Assembly (NCBI RefSeq): GCF_963921235.1
Contig: NC_086097.1
Coordinates: forward strand, 148,306,001-148,370,000
Reading direction: 5' to 3'
DNA length: 64,000 bases
Source: Mobula hypostoma
Lineage: Eukaryota
The notes below the pieces were generated by a model that saw only the letters and a program-made list of their open reading frames with translations, did not search any database and was not told the origin of the DNA. The position numbers and the translations under genes are program-made. The first letter of the stretch is position 1; each line of letters starts with the position of its first letter. Of this stretch, positions 38,325 to 52,107 are shown piece by piece.

Positions 38325-39044
38325 CTGGAAAATGCAATGAACAACTCCTTTTACAAATTGGAGAATATTACGCACTAAAACATATCATAGTACAAACTTC
38401 ATGAATTCATATTTGAGTATTTGAACTACAGTAACTTTACTGAGTTACCAAAATATCCAAGACAATGTTGATCAGGAGGAACGTAAGTGTTATGCTATCA
38501 GTAACAAAGCTAGTACGAATCATTGGCACTTTGATCACCTTCCCCACTTTATAATCTGCCTCCTGACTTGGAATATTGTAACACATTATTGTTTACCTGC
38601 ACTGTTCTTTCTCTGTAGCCGTTACACTCCATTCTGCATTATTATTGTACTACCTTGTACTACCTCAATTTGATGTGTGGTGATTTGATCTGTATGAACA
38701 GAACACAAGACTACCTCTTCACTGTATCTCAGGACATGTGACAATAATAAACTATTTCCAATACCACACAGGAGCTGGGAAGCTACGTTAAGTGGAATTC
38801 TCTGCTGTTGACACAGTAACAAGACACATCTTTCAGAGCGTTTTGAAGATCTGGCTTCTGCCCACAAGTTCCTTGGTTTTACTTTAACTCTATTCTTTAT
38901 GTTTTTGAAGTACTTGGTAAAAAAATAGTACTTTTATGGCTAAGATATTTAATAATTAAAATAGTTTTGCAACTAGAAATCACATAACACAAACACAGCA
39001 TTATAAAAATTGTGTACAGTCAGTTTCCTGGTCCTCATACTCAC

Positions 39045-39122
39045 TCTGAATTTTCATCTATTTCCCTGAGGTCCTGCCTTCTTCCCACATCACATGCCTC
39101 CCTTCTAATTATACATAAACAG
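39045..39122 (-). CDS. Putative internal exon, 78 nt, phase 2-2 (CLCIIRREACDVGRRQDLREIDENS); alternative in-frame acceptor at 39104
   Basis: Acceptor gtttccccctcattgccag, donor AGA|gtgagt, frame joins the 38324 exon. Confidence 0.45.
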
Positions 39123-40539
39123 CTGGCAATGAGGGGGAAACATGGGTCAGGCAGGACACACAAGTTCCAGTCAGGCCCCTTGCACAGCTGTGAAACCAGC
39201 AACACAGCTATTTTTGGTGCTGGTCTGAAAGTGAATTTTTTTTTTTGTCAACTGTGACCTACAATTTACCTGAAGTTATATTAGCTCTGAACATTTTGAT
39301 GAATTACCAAGAAACTTGACTCAGTATTGGAGAGGTCCAAGGTGTGTATATTAATATGGAACAATAAGCAATGTGTTGGAAGAACTCAATTGTTCATGCA
39401 GCATCTGTGGAGAAAAAATAAAGGTCAAACTTTTGGATAGAACCCCTGCATCATATTTGAGAGGAGAGAGAAGAGATGGCTGGTATAAAGAGGATAACTG
39501 AGAATAATAAGAAAGGAGTCTGAAGCAATTGCTCCGGATAAGCATCTGTCTCCCATCTCACAGCTCCCTCCCTCCACTTTGCTCCATCTGTGTACTCTTT
39601 TTCCTCCCTCTCTCTCTCCCTCTCTCTTCCTGTCTGCATCTATCATTCATCTGCTACAGTCTTCCAATTCTACCCCGGCTCACCTACCCTACCTGTCTGT
39701 CATCTTATACCTCTCCTCAGTCCACTGATCGCCTCAGGGTTCTTTCACCCTTCTCCTCTTTATACTGGCCTTATTCTATAATGTATTACCTGCAAATTTA
39801 AAAAGTGAACTCACCAATCCTGTGGAGAAACAGGAAAGCAGTCCCATTAATAAAATGGATTGGAGACAAGACAAAAACAGTTTAGAGGTGATCTTTTGGC
39901 CATCAGTGCTTCTTGCACGGCAAGCCCCAAAAGCATAGGATAAATGAATTAAACCATTTACTGCCTTCTTCCAATTCCTAGCTGTTTTCCAAGCAGACTG
40001 ACCTATATCTTGCACAGATGAAGCCCAGCAAGGATAGCTGCTGGTGTGCTCAAACTCAAAGACAGCATGACCAACATTTGTCCCAGCACCATACGTTGTA
40101 GTGTTCGGATGTGTAAGGTATATAATTGCTTTGAAACTGGTTCAACTCATTAAAGTGCACATTGCAAGTGCCGAATAGGCCATTTGAAGAGCTGCAGCCA
40201 ATTGGTACATTGTCCTCTTTGGGAGAATGCCACTTTTTGTGTTCCCTATTGCTGTTCCTATTTTCTTGTGTTCGCTGTGGGCTTGTGGTGTCTATTGGAG
40301 CTCTGAGCATCCTAAACCTCTGCAGTGGTGTCTATAGAACTACCAACTGTGAGCCACAAAACAGTTACACAAGCGAGACTGGAAAAGGCAAAGTGTTTTG
40401 CGCTTTGTGCAGGGCAGAGTACAGAGAAGAACGGTTCACTTCACCAAGTGAACGACGTCCACTAACACAAAATGCCATCAGCCCTATTGCAGGGTGACGC
40501 TATGCAAATTGCCTGCACAAACTGATGATATCTTTCATG

Positions 40540-41715
40540 CATGGTATAAAATTCTAGTCAGGCTGCATCTGGGTATTGCATTCAGTTCTGTTCACCCCGT
40601 TACAGGAAGGATATCAAGGCTTTGGAGAGGGTGCAGAATAGTTTTGCCAGAATGCTGCTTGGATTAGAGGCCATGTGCTTTAAGGAAATGTGGGACAAAC
40701 TGGGTTGCTTTTTTCTAGAACAGTGGAGACTAAAGGGATATCTATTAGAGGTTTATAAAGTTATGAGAGTCTGGATCTTTTGCCCTGGATTGAAGTGTCT
40801 AATCTAGAAGGCATACGTTTATGGTGAGATGAGGAAAGTTGAAAGGAGGTGTGCAAGACGAGTTTTTACATGGAGTGGGGTGAGGGCCTGGAATGTGCTG
40901 CCTGGGGTTATGGTGAAGACAAAAACATTCAAGAGCACTCAAGAAGCTTTTAGATAGAGGACATGGTGTAAGGATTAATTTAGTTTAGCATTTGATTAGT
41001 TTGGTGCAACATCACAGTGGCCATCTATGCATGGAGCTGAAAGAAATGGAGGAAATCATAAATAGATATTTTGCATTGGTATTTACTCAGGAGATGGACA
41101 CAAAGTCTATAGAAGTGATGCAAAGAAGCTGTGAGGTCATGGACCATATACAGATTACAGAGGAGGAGGTGTTTACTGTCTTGAGGCAAATGAGGGTGGA
41201 TAAATCTCCAGGGCGTGACAAGGTGTTCCCTTGGACCCTGTGGGAGGCTAGCGTAGAAATCGCAGAGGCCCTAGCAGAGATATTTAAAACACCCTTAGCC
41301 ATAGGTGAGGGGTCAGAGGACTGGCGGATAGATAACGTTGTTCCAGTGTTTAAGAAAGGCTTTAAGAATAAGCCAGAAAATTATAGAACTATGAGCCCGA
41401 CATCAGTATTGGTTAAGTTATTGGAAGGTAGTCTAAGGGACCGGATATATAAGTATTTGTATAGATAGAGACTGATTAGGGAGAGCCAAAATAGCTTTGT
41501 GCATGGTAGGTCATGTCTAACTAGTCTTACAGAGTTTTTAGAGGATGTTACCAGGAAAATTGATGAAGGCAAGGCAATGGATATTGTCTGTATAGACTTT
41601 AGCAAGGCCTTTACAAGGTCTCGCATGGGAGACTGGTCAAGAAGGTTCAGTTGCTTAGCATTCAAGATAAGATAGTAAATTGGATTAGACATTAGCTTCA
41701 TCAGAGAAACCAGAG
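40540..41715 (+). mobile_element. Two adjacent degenerate CR1 pieces: a 3' part (40540-41010) and an RT N-terminal part (41015-41715)
   Basis: ERVQNSFARML; VDKSPGRD, DWRIDNVVPVFKKG, NYRTMS. Confidence 0.85.
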
Positions 41716-43414
41716 ATGTGATGGATCCTTGGCATTTTGCTAAGCTTACTTTCTAAACTCAGCAGCTGCCTCTTGTAAGATCAAAGAGTTGTAAGTAAAT
41801 TTTCAATGAATATTGCTTTGTTTAGTTTCTGATCATAAATGGGAGTCAGTCTTCAGTTTTTAAAATCGAAATTGAAAGCAGAAATAAGCTTGAAGTTAAA
41901 AAGCACTCTCCATAGAGCAGTTTTGCAAACTGTTTGGATAGGTACATGGATGGGAGTGGTAGAAGTGCTATGATCTGGATGCAGGGCGATGGGAATACGT
42001 AGGTGAATAGTTCAGCATGAATTAGATGAGCCTTAGGGCCTCTTTCTGTGCTGTAGTGTTCTATGACTCTTACGATTAACATGGTGGGCTGAAGAGCAGT
42101 TCCTCTGGGGCACTGTTCCACATTCTATCTTCTGTGCCATGATACATTGGATTTATGATAAAAGTTTCCTGCATTTTGTCGACAGAAATCTGTGGGGCTT
42201 GGGTTAATCTGTAAGTTCACCACCTGAGCACTTAATTCAGTTGGATTTCCAATACCATCCTCCCCACATTGCATGACACTCTCCACTCATGGTTTGCAGG
42301 AGATATTACTTTTCAGGCTGGCTCTTAGCTGTTAATGGTATACCTATTATCATTGGTTGGAAGAGCAAGCAAATTCTTTTCATCATTTTCCTTGTGTTGA
42401 GTTAATTTCTTCCTGATGATAATTTCAGTCTGATTGATCATTTACCCTGATTATGGCATGACAACAGAATAATTATATCTGACATGGATAAATTGAATCC
42501 ATCTCATTAATGGAGACTCGCTGCATTGACTGGGCCCGTATTGTGCCAATGGTTCAAAGTTTATTTGATTTGTTTTAAAGAGATTCAGTGATTATTAAAT
42601 AGGAGTTCAAAAGGAGAATTGTTAAAATTTGAATCTTAAAGTGGTCTCAAAATTATGACCCACTTACTGACACAAAGACTTTTTTAAAAGTGTTTCTACT
42701 ATTTCTTCACAGGTGCTCTCAATCACTGCTGCTGTGACAACTTGTCTGAACACCAGGTGGATGAGCTGGAAATTCATTCATCTCACAGGGAAAGCTAGCA
42801 ATGTTGTTCTCTGACCCTCTGAGTTCTTGCTTTATATACAACTTTCACTAACAGTTTGAGATGATCCCAAAGCTGCTCTATTGATAATGTTTATTGAGCA
42901 AACTCAGAGAGTTCCTGTTCAGCCATGTGTTTGGCAAACTATGCAGCATAGTTATAACCATTTCTGAAGAAATTACAGGGTAGCGTTTCATTGTCAGGGC
43001 CCAAAGAATCTCATCCTCAGTTTCTAACTTACAGTCCAATCTACTGTAATTTTTTTGCCAGGGTCTTTTAAAAAACACTGAATCCTTCATGTTATATAAA
43101 GCTGTAAAGTGATGTTTGACTGTAGAAGATGGAATGGCTTTGGAACAGTCTTTAGAAAGCTAGATCCCACTGTAGTACAAGGCAAGGCAATCATCAAACA
43201 GATCTAGAAATTAGGTACTCAGCTAATCCAAAGCATCAGTGTGTCGGCGACAGTGTGTAGCTATTTTGATGACAAATTGAATTACATAAGCAAGTCCGGT
43301 AGGTCACAAAAAGGTCAATGTTCTACAGGCTGTTTGAACAACCACAAAAAAAGTGGATCTTCACAGTCACTAGCTTAGGGATTGGCTTTATAATACTTGT
43401 GAGCACTATTGAGA

Positions 43415-43570
43415 GTGTGGTGGCTCAGCAGCTTCATAGTGCTAGAAACCTGGGTTCAGTTCTGACATTGGGTGCCGTCTGCATGGAGTTTGCACATTCT
43501 CCTGGTGACAGCTTGGCTATATGTTGCAGAGTAGGTTCATTGACCCTAGCAAATTGCCCCTAATATCATG
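43415..43570 (+). mobile_element. V-SINE-like element
   Basis: cctgggttca B-box remnant followed by gtctgcatggagtttgcacattct (V-domain-like). Confidence 0.55.
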
Positions 43571-44949
43571 GAATGATCTGAGAGGCACAGGATGAAACAG
43601 GCCCTTCAGCCTTTCAAGTCTATGCTGACCCCCATCAAGCATCCATTTGCATTAATCCTGCACTGATCCTGTTCTTTTCTTCTCTCCAACTTCTCATCAA
43701 CTCATCTACACATGAGGGGTAACTTACAATAGAAAATTGAACTACCGACCCATACATCTGGAATTGGTTTTATATTGAATATGTTCCATTCACCAATAGC
43801 AATATTATTCACTTTGCTTAGGAGAAATTCAATAAAGAAAAGAATTATATCACCCAACCCACAATTCTTTATTAACATAGCATTTTCTACAAGAATATTT
43901 CCTTCATCTTTCACACAAATCTTCTTCCTAAATTGCTTTTCTACACATTTCTTAATGTGCATATTGCCTGTAATTTTTTTTGGTATATTCTACATTTTAT
44001 ACTGTATCATGGTAGAACAATTAAAATGCTACTCTAATATTGCTTAAAGATGTACTGCACTGTGTTAGGCTAACTTCAAAATGAATATTTTGGCTGAAAT
44101 GCAACCCAGAGGACAAATTCAGGAATGCTTAAGAGTGAATAATGATTGAAAAACCTAAGCCACAAACTCTTATTGGGCATCAGAGTGTTAAGTATTCTGG
44201 ATCATGCAATTAGAACTCTTATTTAGTGGTAGAATCTGGATGCACCTAGGATTGGGCTGGTTTAAGTTCATGGTTAGGTGGAGAATAGCTAAGTCTTATG
44301 CTTCACATTAAGAATATGTGTGTGGAGGAATTCCCAGCCTATCCAAGAATAAAGGCTGATATGAAATGAGGATAGATGCTGTTGCTGCTTATATTACAAC
44401 GTACATTTTGGCTGATATGTTTCTAGTATTGCAATAGTGATTATACATTGGCATTAATGTACTTTGAATATCTGTGATGTTGCAAGAAGCATTGCGGGAA
44501 CACAAGATCCCTCTTTTGTTGGGTGCAGTAATGGTACATGTCCTCTAATTTACTGTTTTCTTACAGGTCAGTCCCATTTTTGTAGGGTTCAACCTCATAG
44601 CTGCGGTAAATGAGGTGGCTGCATGCTTCCTTTATTCCAATATAGCTAAAAACAGAACACAACGTTCAAGATATAGCCTTGCTAGAGCAACTCCAGCACT
44701 TGAGATTGACATTCGCTATTCCTCTTTACTAATTTGACTGTCTAGATCAATATCTCCTTTGATTGCTACTGATTGCTTTTCCGCAGAAGTTGAGCAGTTT
44801 CAGCTTAACCTATCACACCACGACAGTGCTTCCAATTGAGGGTGCAATTGTGCCAGTGACTCCTGCCCTCTCATCACTGACCCAGGCACATTAATACATT
44901 CACAGCTGTCCTTGGTCAGCAGGGATGTCTGCTGCTTCTTCATACTGAC

Positions 44950-45029
44950 CTGTGTAGTAGACTTGATCAAGGTGCCTCCGTGGGGGCGTTGGCATATGGG
45001 ATTTTTTCCATGATCTGACAGCACTTCCC
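44950..45029 (-). CDS. Possible exon, 80 nt; frame uncertain
   Basis: Acceptor gcatgtacag, donor CAG|gtcagt. Two frames are open (GSAVRSWKKSHMPTPPRRHLDQVYYT or EVLSDHGKNPICQRPHGGTLIKSTTQ). Confidence 0.25.
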
Positions 45030-45320
45030 CTGTACATGCATGGATAATTGGCATTACATGGGCAATGGATCCAAAACTGGGTTAGTTATAGGAGGCACAA
45101 TGTAAAGGTGGAGGGCTGTTTTCGTGATCAGAAGCCCTTAACCAGTGCTGTGTCATTGAGATCAATGCTGGTACACTTAACGTTTCTTATATACTGTACA
45201 TTAACAATTTGGAATTGAAAACTGGAAAAATAATTAGTATGCCTGCAGGTGACAGGTCTACAAAAATGATTCCAGGATTGAAAGGCTTGTCATATGAATA
45301 GTATTTGATAGCTCTGGGCC

Positions 45321-48082
45321 ATTACAGCGACTTGGCTGGCACCAGGGCAGGAATGATTTCTCAATATTCCTGGATTTCAGTGCTTTAAAAGGGATAGAGA
45401 GGGCGGAAAAAGGGGAGGAGGGGTAGCATTACTGGTCAGGGATACTATTACAGTTACAGAAAGCATGGGTAATGTAGCAGAATCCTCTTTTGAGTCAATA
45501 TGGGTGGAAGTCGGGAACAGGAAGGGAGCAGTTACTCTATTGGGGGTATTCTATAGGCCCCCTGGTAACAGCAGAGATACAGAGGAGCAGATTGGGAGGC
45601 AGATTTTGGAAAGGTTCAAAAATAACAGGGTTGTTATCATGGGTGACTTTAACTTCCCTAATATTGATTGGCACCTGATTAGTTCCAAGGGTTTAGATGG
45701 TTTGTTAAGTGTGTCCAGGACGGATTCCTGTCACAGTATGTGGACAGGCCGACCAGGGGGAATGCCATACTAGATCTAGTACTGGGTAATGAACCGGGTC
45801 AGGTCACAGATCTCTCAGTGGGTGAGCATCTGGGGGACAGTGACCACTGCTCCCTGGCCTTTAGCATTATCATGGAAAAGGATAGAATCAGAGAGGACAG
45901 GAAAATTTTTAATTGAGGAAGGGCAAATTATGAGGCTATAATGCTAGAACTTGCGGGTGTGAATTGGGATGATGTTTTTGCAGGGAAATGTACTATGGAC
46001 ATGTGGTCAATGTTTAGAGATCTCTTGCAGGATGTTAGGGATAAATTTGTCCCGGTGAGGAAGATAAAGAATGGTAGGGTGAAGGAACCATGGGTGACAA
46101 GTGAGGTGGAAAATCTAGTCAGTTGGAAGAAGGCAGCATACATTAGGTTTAGGAAGCAAGGATCAGATGGCTCTATTGAGGAATATAGGGAAGCAAGAAA
46201 GGAGCTTAAGAAGGGGCTGAGAAGAGCAAGAAGGGGGCATGAGAAGGCCTTGGCGAGTAGGAAAACCCCAAGGCATTCTTCAATTATGTGAAGAAAAAAA
46301 GGACGGCAGGAATGAAGGTAGGACCGATTAGAGATAAAGATGGGAAGATGTGCCTGGAGGTTGTGGAAGTGAGCGAGGTCCTCAGTGAATACTTCTCTTC
46401 GGTATTCACCAATGAGAGGGAATTTGATGAGGGTGAGGACAATATGAGTGTGGTTGATGTTCTGGAGCATGTTGATATTAAGGGAGAGGAGGTGTTGGAG
46501 TTGTTAAAATACATTAGGACGGATAAGTCCCCGGGGCCTGACGGAATATTCCCCAGGCTGCTCCACGAGGTGAGGGAAGAGATTGCTGAGCCTCTGACTA
46601 GGATCTTTATGTCCTCGTTGTCCACGGGAATGGTACCGGAGGAATGGAGGGAGGCGAATGTTGTCCCCTTGTTCAAAAAAGGTAGTAGGGATAGTCTGGG
46701 TAATTATAGACCAATGAGCCTTACGTCTGTGGCGGGAAAGCTGCTGGAAAAGATTCTTAGAGATAGGTGTTATGGGCATTTAGAGAATCATGGTCTGATC
46801 AGGGACAGTCAGCATGTTTTTGTGAAGGGCAGATCGTGTCTAACAAGCCTGATAGCGTTCTTTGAGGTGGTGACCAGGCATATAGATGAGGGTAGTGCAG
46901 TGGATGTGATCTATATGGATTTTAGTAAGGCATTTGACAAGGTTCCACACGGTAGGCTTATTCAGAAAGTCAGAAGGCATGGGATCCAGGGAAGTTTGGC
47001 CAGGTGGATTCAGAATTGGCTTGCCTGCAGAAAACAGAGGGTCGTGGTGGAGGGAGTACATTCATATTGGAGGATTGTGACTAGTGGTGTCCCACAAGGA
47101 TCTGTTCTGGGACCTCTACTTTTCGTGATTTTTATTAACGACCTGGATGTTGGGGTAGAAGGGTGGGTTGGCAAGTTTGCAGACGACACGAAGGTTGGTG
47201 GTGTTGTAGATAGTGTAGAGGATTGTCAAAGATTGCAGAGAGACATTGATAGGATGCAGAAGTGGGCTGAGAAGTGGCAGATGGAGTTCAACCCGGAGAA
47301 GTGTGAGGTGGTACACTTTGGAAGGACAAACTCCAAGGCAGAGTACAAAGTAAATGTCAGGATACTTGGTAGTGTGGAGGAGCAGAAGGATCTAGGGGCA
47401 CATGTCCACAGATCCCTGAAAGTTGCCTCACAGGTAGATAGGGTAGTTAAGAAAGTTTATGGGGTGTTAGCTTTCATAAGTCGAGGGATAGAGTTTAAGA
47501 ATCACGATGTAATGATGCAGCTCTATAAAACTCTGGTTGGGCCACACTTGGAGTACAGTGTCCAATTCTGGTCGCCTCACTATAGGAAGGATGTGGAAGC
47601 ATTGGAAAGGGTACAGAGGAGATTTAACAGGATGCTGCCTGGTTTAGAGAGTATGCATTATGATCAGAGATTAAGGGAGCTAGGGCTTTACTCTTTGGAG
47701 AGAAGGAGGATGAGAGGAGACATGATAGAGGTGTACAAGATGTTAAGAGGAATAGATAGAGTGGATAGCCAGTGCCTCTTCCCCAGGGCACCACTGCTCA
47801 ATACAAGAGGACATGGCTTTAAGGTAAGGGGTGGGAAGTTCAAGTGGGATATTAGAGGAAGGATTTTTTACTCAGAGAGTGGTTGGTACATGGAATGCAC
47901 TGCCTGAGTCAGTGGTGGAGGCAGATACACTAGTGAAGTTTAAGAGACTACTGGACAGATATATGGAGGAATTTAAGTTGGGGTCTTATATGGTAGGCAG
48001 GGTTTGAGGGTCGGCACAACATCGTGGGCCGAAGGGCCTGTACTGTGCTGTACTGTTCTACGTTCTATGTTCTATGTTCTAT
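45321..48082 (+). mobile_element. CR1 LINE with near-complete, frameshifted ORF2 (APE + RT), nested in an older CR1
   Basis: APE motifs (YRPP, MGDFNFPNIDW, GDSDH), RT ORF 46288..47907 (GVPQGSVLGP, KFADDTK) and a (TTCTATG)n tail at 48055-48082. The host CR1 frame breaks at about 45320 and resumes at 48083. Confidence 0.93.
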
Positions 48083-48500
48083 GTCTGTATTTGCTGGAAT
48101 TTAGAAGAGTGAAGGGTGACCTCATTGAAACCTATCGAATGGTGAAAGGTCTTGATAGAGTGGATGTGGGGAGGATGTTTCCTATGATGGGAGAGTCTAA
48201 CATCGGAGGATGCAGCACCAGAATAGAGGGGACTCCTTTTAGAATGGAGATGAAAAGGAATTTCTTTAGCCAGAGAGTGGTGAATCTGTGGAATTCTTTG
48301 CCACAGGCAGCTGTGGAGGCCAAGTCTTTATTATATTTAAAGCATAGGTTGATAGATTCCTGATTGGTCAGGGCATGAAGAGATATGGGGGAAGGCCGGA
48401 GATTGGGCTGAGAGGAAAATTGGATCAGCCATGATGAAATGGCAGAGCAGACTCAATGGGCCAAATGGCTTAATTCTACTCCTATATCTTATGGTCTAAT
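48083..48500 (+). mobile_element. 3' part of the older host CR1 (5' part about 45255-45320)
   Basis: LYLLEFRRVKGDLIETYRM...NFFSQRVVNLWNSLP and CR1 3' UTR. Confidence 0.85.
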
Positions 48501-48604
48501 GAATATTGGTGGCAGTGACCGTGAGAAGGATAGTCCATTGGTTAGAGGATGTTATTGATCAGATGGGTAGATCAATGACAGATGGATTTTTTTTCCTGAT
48601 AATT

Positions 48605-48950
48605 GCTAGAAGGTGCCAGATGGGTTGGTTTAAGTATCTCAGAAACTGTTGATTTCCAGGGATTTTCATGCACAACAGTCTCTAAAGTTTGAAGAGAATG
48701 GTTTGAAAAACAAAATACATATTGCAGATCTGTGGGCAAAAACGCCTTGTTAATGAGGGAGATCAGAGGAGAATGGCCATATTGATTCAAGCTGACAGGA
48801 AGGCAACATTAACTCAAACAACACATGTAACGACAGTGGGGTGCAGAAGGGCATCTCTGAATACACAACACATCAAACCTTGAAGTGGATGGGCTACAGC
48901 AGCAGAAGACCATGAACATACACATAGTGGCCACTTTATTAGATACACTG
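48605..48950 (+). mobile_element. Tc1/mariner transposase N-terminal (HTH) remnant / MITE
   Basis: Broken frames read GAR..GLSISET..GFS.TTVS, RRMA.LIQADRKAT and LKWMGYSSRRP, followed by TIR-like agtggccactttattag. Confidence 0.7.
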
Positions 48951-50636
48951 GGCTTTTCGACAGTACAGGCCTGGTGACATCCCTAAAATCTAGACACCTT
49001 AAGCAGCAAAATGGTCACAGAACACACAAAAGCTGGAAGTAATTTAATCTTCCTGCAGATAGGTTCATTTATTATCTGCTGAAAGGTCCAGGCAGGTATG
49101 AAGATCAGGGTTTGTTGATTAAATGTAGGCATGTTCTTTGCTTCACTGAAGCTTCCTGCCACAGGGCAGTATGTTGCAGTTATCTGGATTATTTTTCAAA
49201 CCCATACCCTATAATTAAAATATACACACGAGTGGTATCGTGTAATCTGATCTGCACTGCATGAAGATATCCAGCACCATAATTTCATTTATTGTTCTTC
49301 CTCTATTTTTTACACCATTAATTCTGAAGAGAAAATAATAATGGCACTCAGATTAGACTGGGGGCCTGGGGTAAAGCATTAAAAGATCCTCATTGTCAGT
49401 GCCCTGGCAGCAAGCTTCAGAAATAGATAACTGATGTTATTAATATTGCAGACTGAAATGCAAATCCAGCAATTTGTGAAATAGGGCCTGAATTTTAGCC
49501 AATGAGTATATTATTAATCTGTGGGCCTTTGGGTCAGCCTCTGAAATGGCATTGAATCCTCCGATGGACTTAAAATAAGTCTGTATTACTAGAAAAGTGA
49601 GCACATAAAATTATCTTCATACTTCATATTCATTTTTTTCATGTTTGTTTTCATCCAATTTCCTTTCTTATCCTGAAAGAAAACATGATATCTTATGGAT
49701 CCAAAAGAAAAATTATAAAAGATTGTCAACTTGTAAAGTTTATCCTGCTTCTGTCCTCACATATATACCGTTCGAGTTTCTGAATATTTCAGGTATTTTC
49801 TGTAAAAAGTGTTTTCAGTATAGGGCTACTGAAGAAAGGCAGAAGCAAGTCTTCAAGATAGTGAAATGCTTTGAAATAAGTAACTATATAAGATGTTGAT
49901 TGGAATGTATCATTTGAGGTTGTTCTGTCATTGCTTTAACTACATCACCTCTGTTCACATAATCTTGTCTATACTCTACATGAGTACGAAATCTCTAGTG
50001 AAATCATTTCCAGATGGAGGGTTAAAATTCAATCTATCACTTCCTGATCCAGCCTGCTCCATCTGAATACTCTCACCCATATGGGCTCAGAGCACATTAT
50101 TTTGGATACTGGAGGATTAATTGACAAAAACCCAACACCATATGCAGAAGGAGGATATTTGGCTCATTGTTAACTTACAAGGAGATACTTCACAATCTGG
50201 ATGTTAAAGTTTATTTGAAGGTTCAGTGACGCATATCAGAACAGAAGGAATCACGTGGTGACAGACTGCTCAGAAAGTTGAGCAACAGTGAGATTCTACT
50301 TCCATGTACCTTCGCTCTTCTACCTCTCCTCTATCTCTCTGTTAACCTATCTGCAATTTCCTATTGGCAATGAGCCGATGGGCACATGATAGTAACTCAT
50401 TGGGATTAATGACAGGCAAGGCCTATGTATCACTTAATGAAATGAAGTTTCAATTTAAGACCTTAATACACACATGTAATTACTGCATGTGATGCCTTTT
50501 CCTAAAAGCCATATGGATGATGTCATCATGATAGAGATCTGTGACATCTAGTCACCAGCTCTTAAGATGGTCTCCTCTAATATATCTGTAACTATCGTCA
50601 ATGTGAATGCAACAGTTTATAGAATGTCCAACATAC

Positions 50637-50778
50637 TTGACGTTTGCTGTAAATGGAGCAGCAGCACATGCAGCACCCATCCAGCTGAACAGAGCTTGGA
50701 GTGTCCTGCATTCTCTGGTGAACTCCATTGCTCTCTCTGTTTCCAACCACTGTTCTTGGATTGTAACAGGGTCACAGA
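50637..50778 (-). CDS. Possible exon, 142 nt (CDPVTIQEQWLETERAMEFTRECRTLQALFSWMGAACAAAPFTANV)
   Basis: Acceptor gactctttcattag, donor CAA|gtatgt, protein-like frame; a second frame is also open. Confidence 0.35.
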
Positions 50779-52107
50779 CTAATGAAAGAGTCATGAAATA
50801 ATAAGTAACATATTCATTTATTGAAGAGTGCAAATACAACAGGACAATAAGTGTGGGGGCAGTTATCTCTCTCTTTTTCTCTCTGTCTCCCTCTCCCTCC
50901 ATAAAGCTCAGAATTCTCAATTTTTAAAGCTGCTCTCTCAGCAGGGTCAAGGTATTGAGCCACTTCTGCTTCCTCTTCTTCCCACCCATACTTAGTGTCA
51001 GCTCCCTGCCTTTATGAATGAATTTAGGAGCAATGGACACCCCCAAATCAATCACTGGCACACCCACCAACTCTTGTGATTAGTAGTAGGAAGGCAGGGG
51101 AAAGGAAAAAAGATAGGTTTCTTGTTGTTCGTATACTTCACCCATAACACGTCCCTTCTTGTTCAGCTGTTGGATTAATGTCTCAGAAACAGCTGAATAA
51201 TGAGATTCAAAGTGGTTCACCTCCAACCCCTTATCAAGCTGATGCATGCTTTACTAAGCTTTGTTTTCGAGCTGGTGACCTTATTTCACTGGTAAAAGAA
51301 TTTCAGTATGTATCCTTTAGGACTGGATTGACATAACTAAAATAGCAAAGTCACCACCAAATGCTATAATCCAGTAAGCATGTTAAAGGGGACTTGACAA
51401 ATCATACATTCCCAATTGGCCCTAATTTATTTCAAGCAAGTACTTACAAACTTCTATTTATAATACTTGTGGTGTGTGAACCACCAGATTAAAAGGCAAC
51501 AATCTTTCTTAGAGGATCACCAAAGTGTTGCTGTGTATTTAACATTTCAATAATATTTGAATAATATTGTAAATATATTCAGTATTCTTTGTTGTTTACA
51601 TAATTCATTATGGATTATATGTAAAAGTATGTGAATGGCACATGTCATCACATCACCACATCATAAGCATACATCTCACTAAAGTAATAATGAAATGAGA
51701 CAAGAGTTATCCCTGGCTCTCCTATGTTTTTTCTTTTGATTAATTTCTGATAACTTCTCGTCAATTTGGTGCTTGTGTCCAACTTCCCTTCAGTCGACAT
51801 CTCCTGGGTGGATTGTGAAACCATATATATCACTTCTTTTATAACTTTTACATTTGCTTTTCATCTTGGATGTGATTCTGGAACTTCTGGAGCCTGTGAT
51901 TTGCAGTTTGGGTGCTGCAGCGCTTTGCAGTCTCCGAGAGGATAACCAGGAGGCAGAGGCAGCGTGTGCCAACCTCATGGCGGACAGGCTGCAAGCCTAT
52001 GTTTGATTCCATTTCCCCAATTAAATCTTCCATTGTTCATCGATTAAAGCAACATTGAGGTGAATGTCAAGTCCAATTTATTTATAAAGCATATTTAAAA
52101 ACAACCC

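Noticed and set aside
40056..40310. Cys/Trp-rich 84-aa ORF ending in two close in-frame TGAs (selenoprotein idea)
   Set aside because: No recognisable family or SECIS element seen, and an overlapping frame is an equally good exon candidate.
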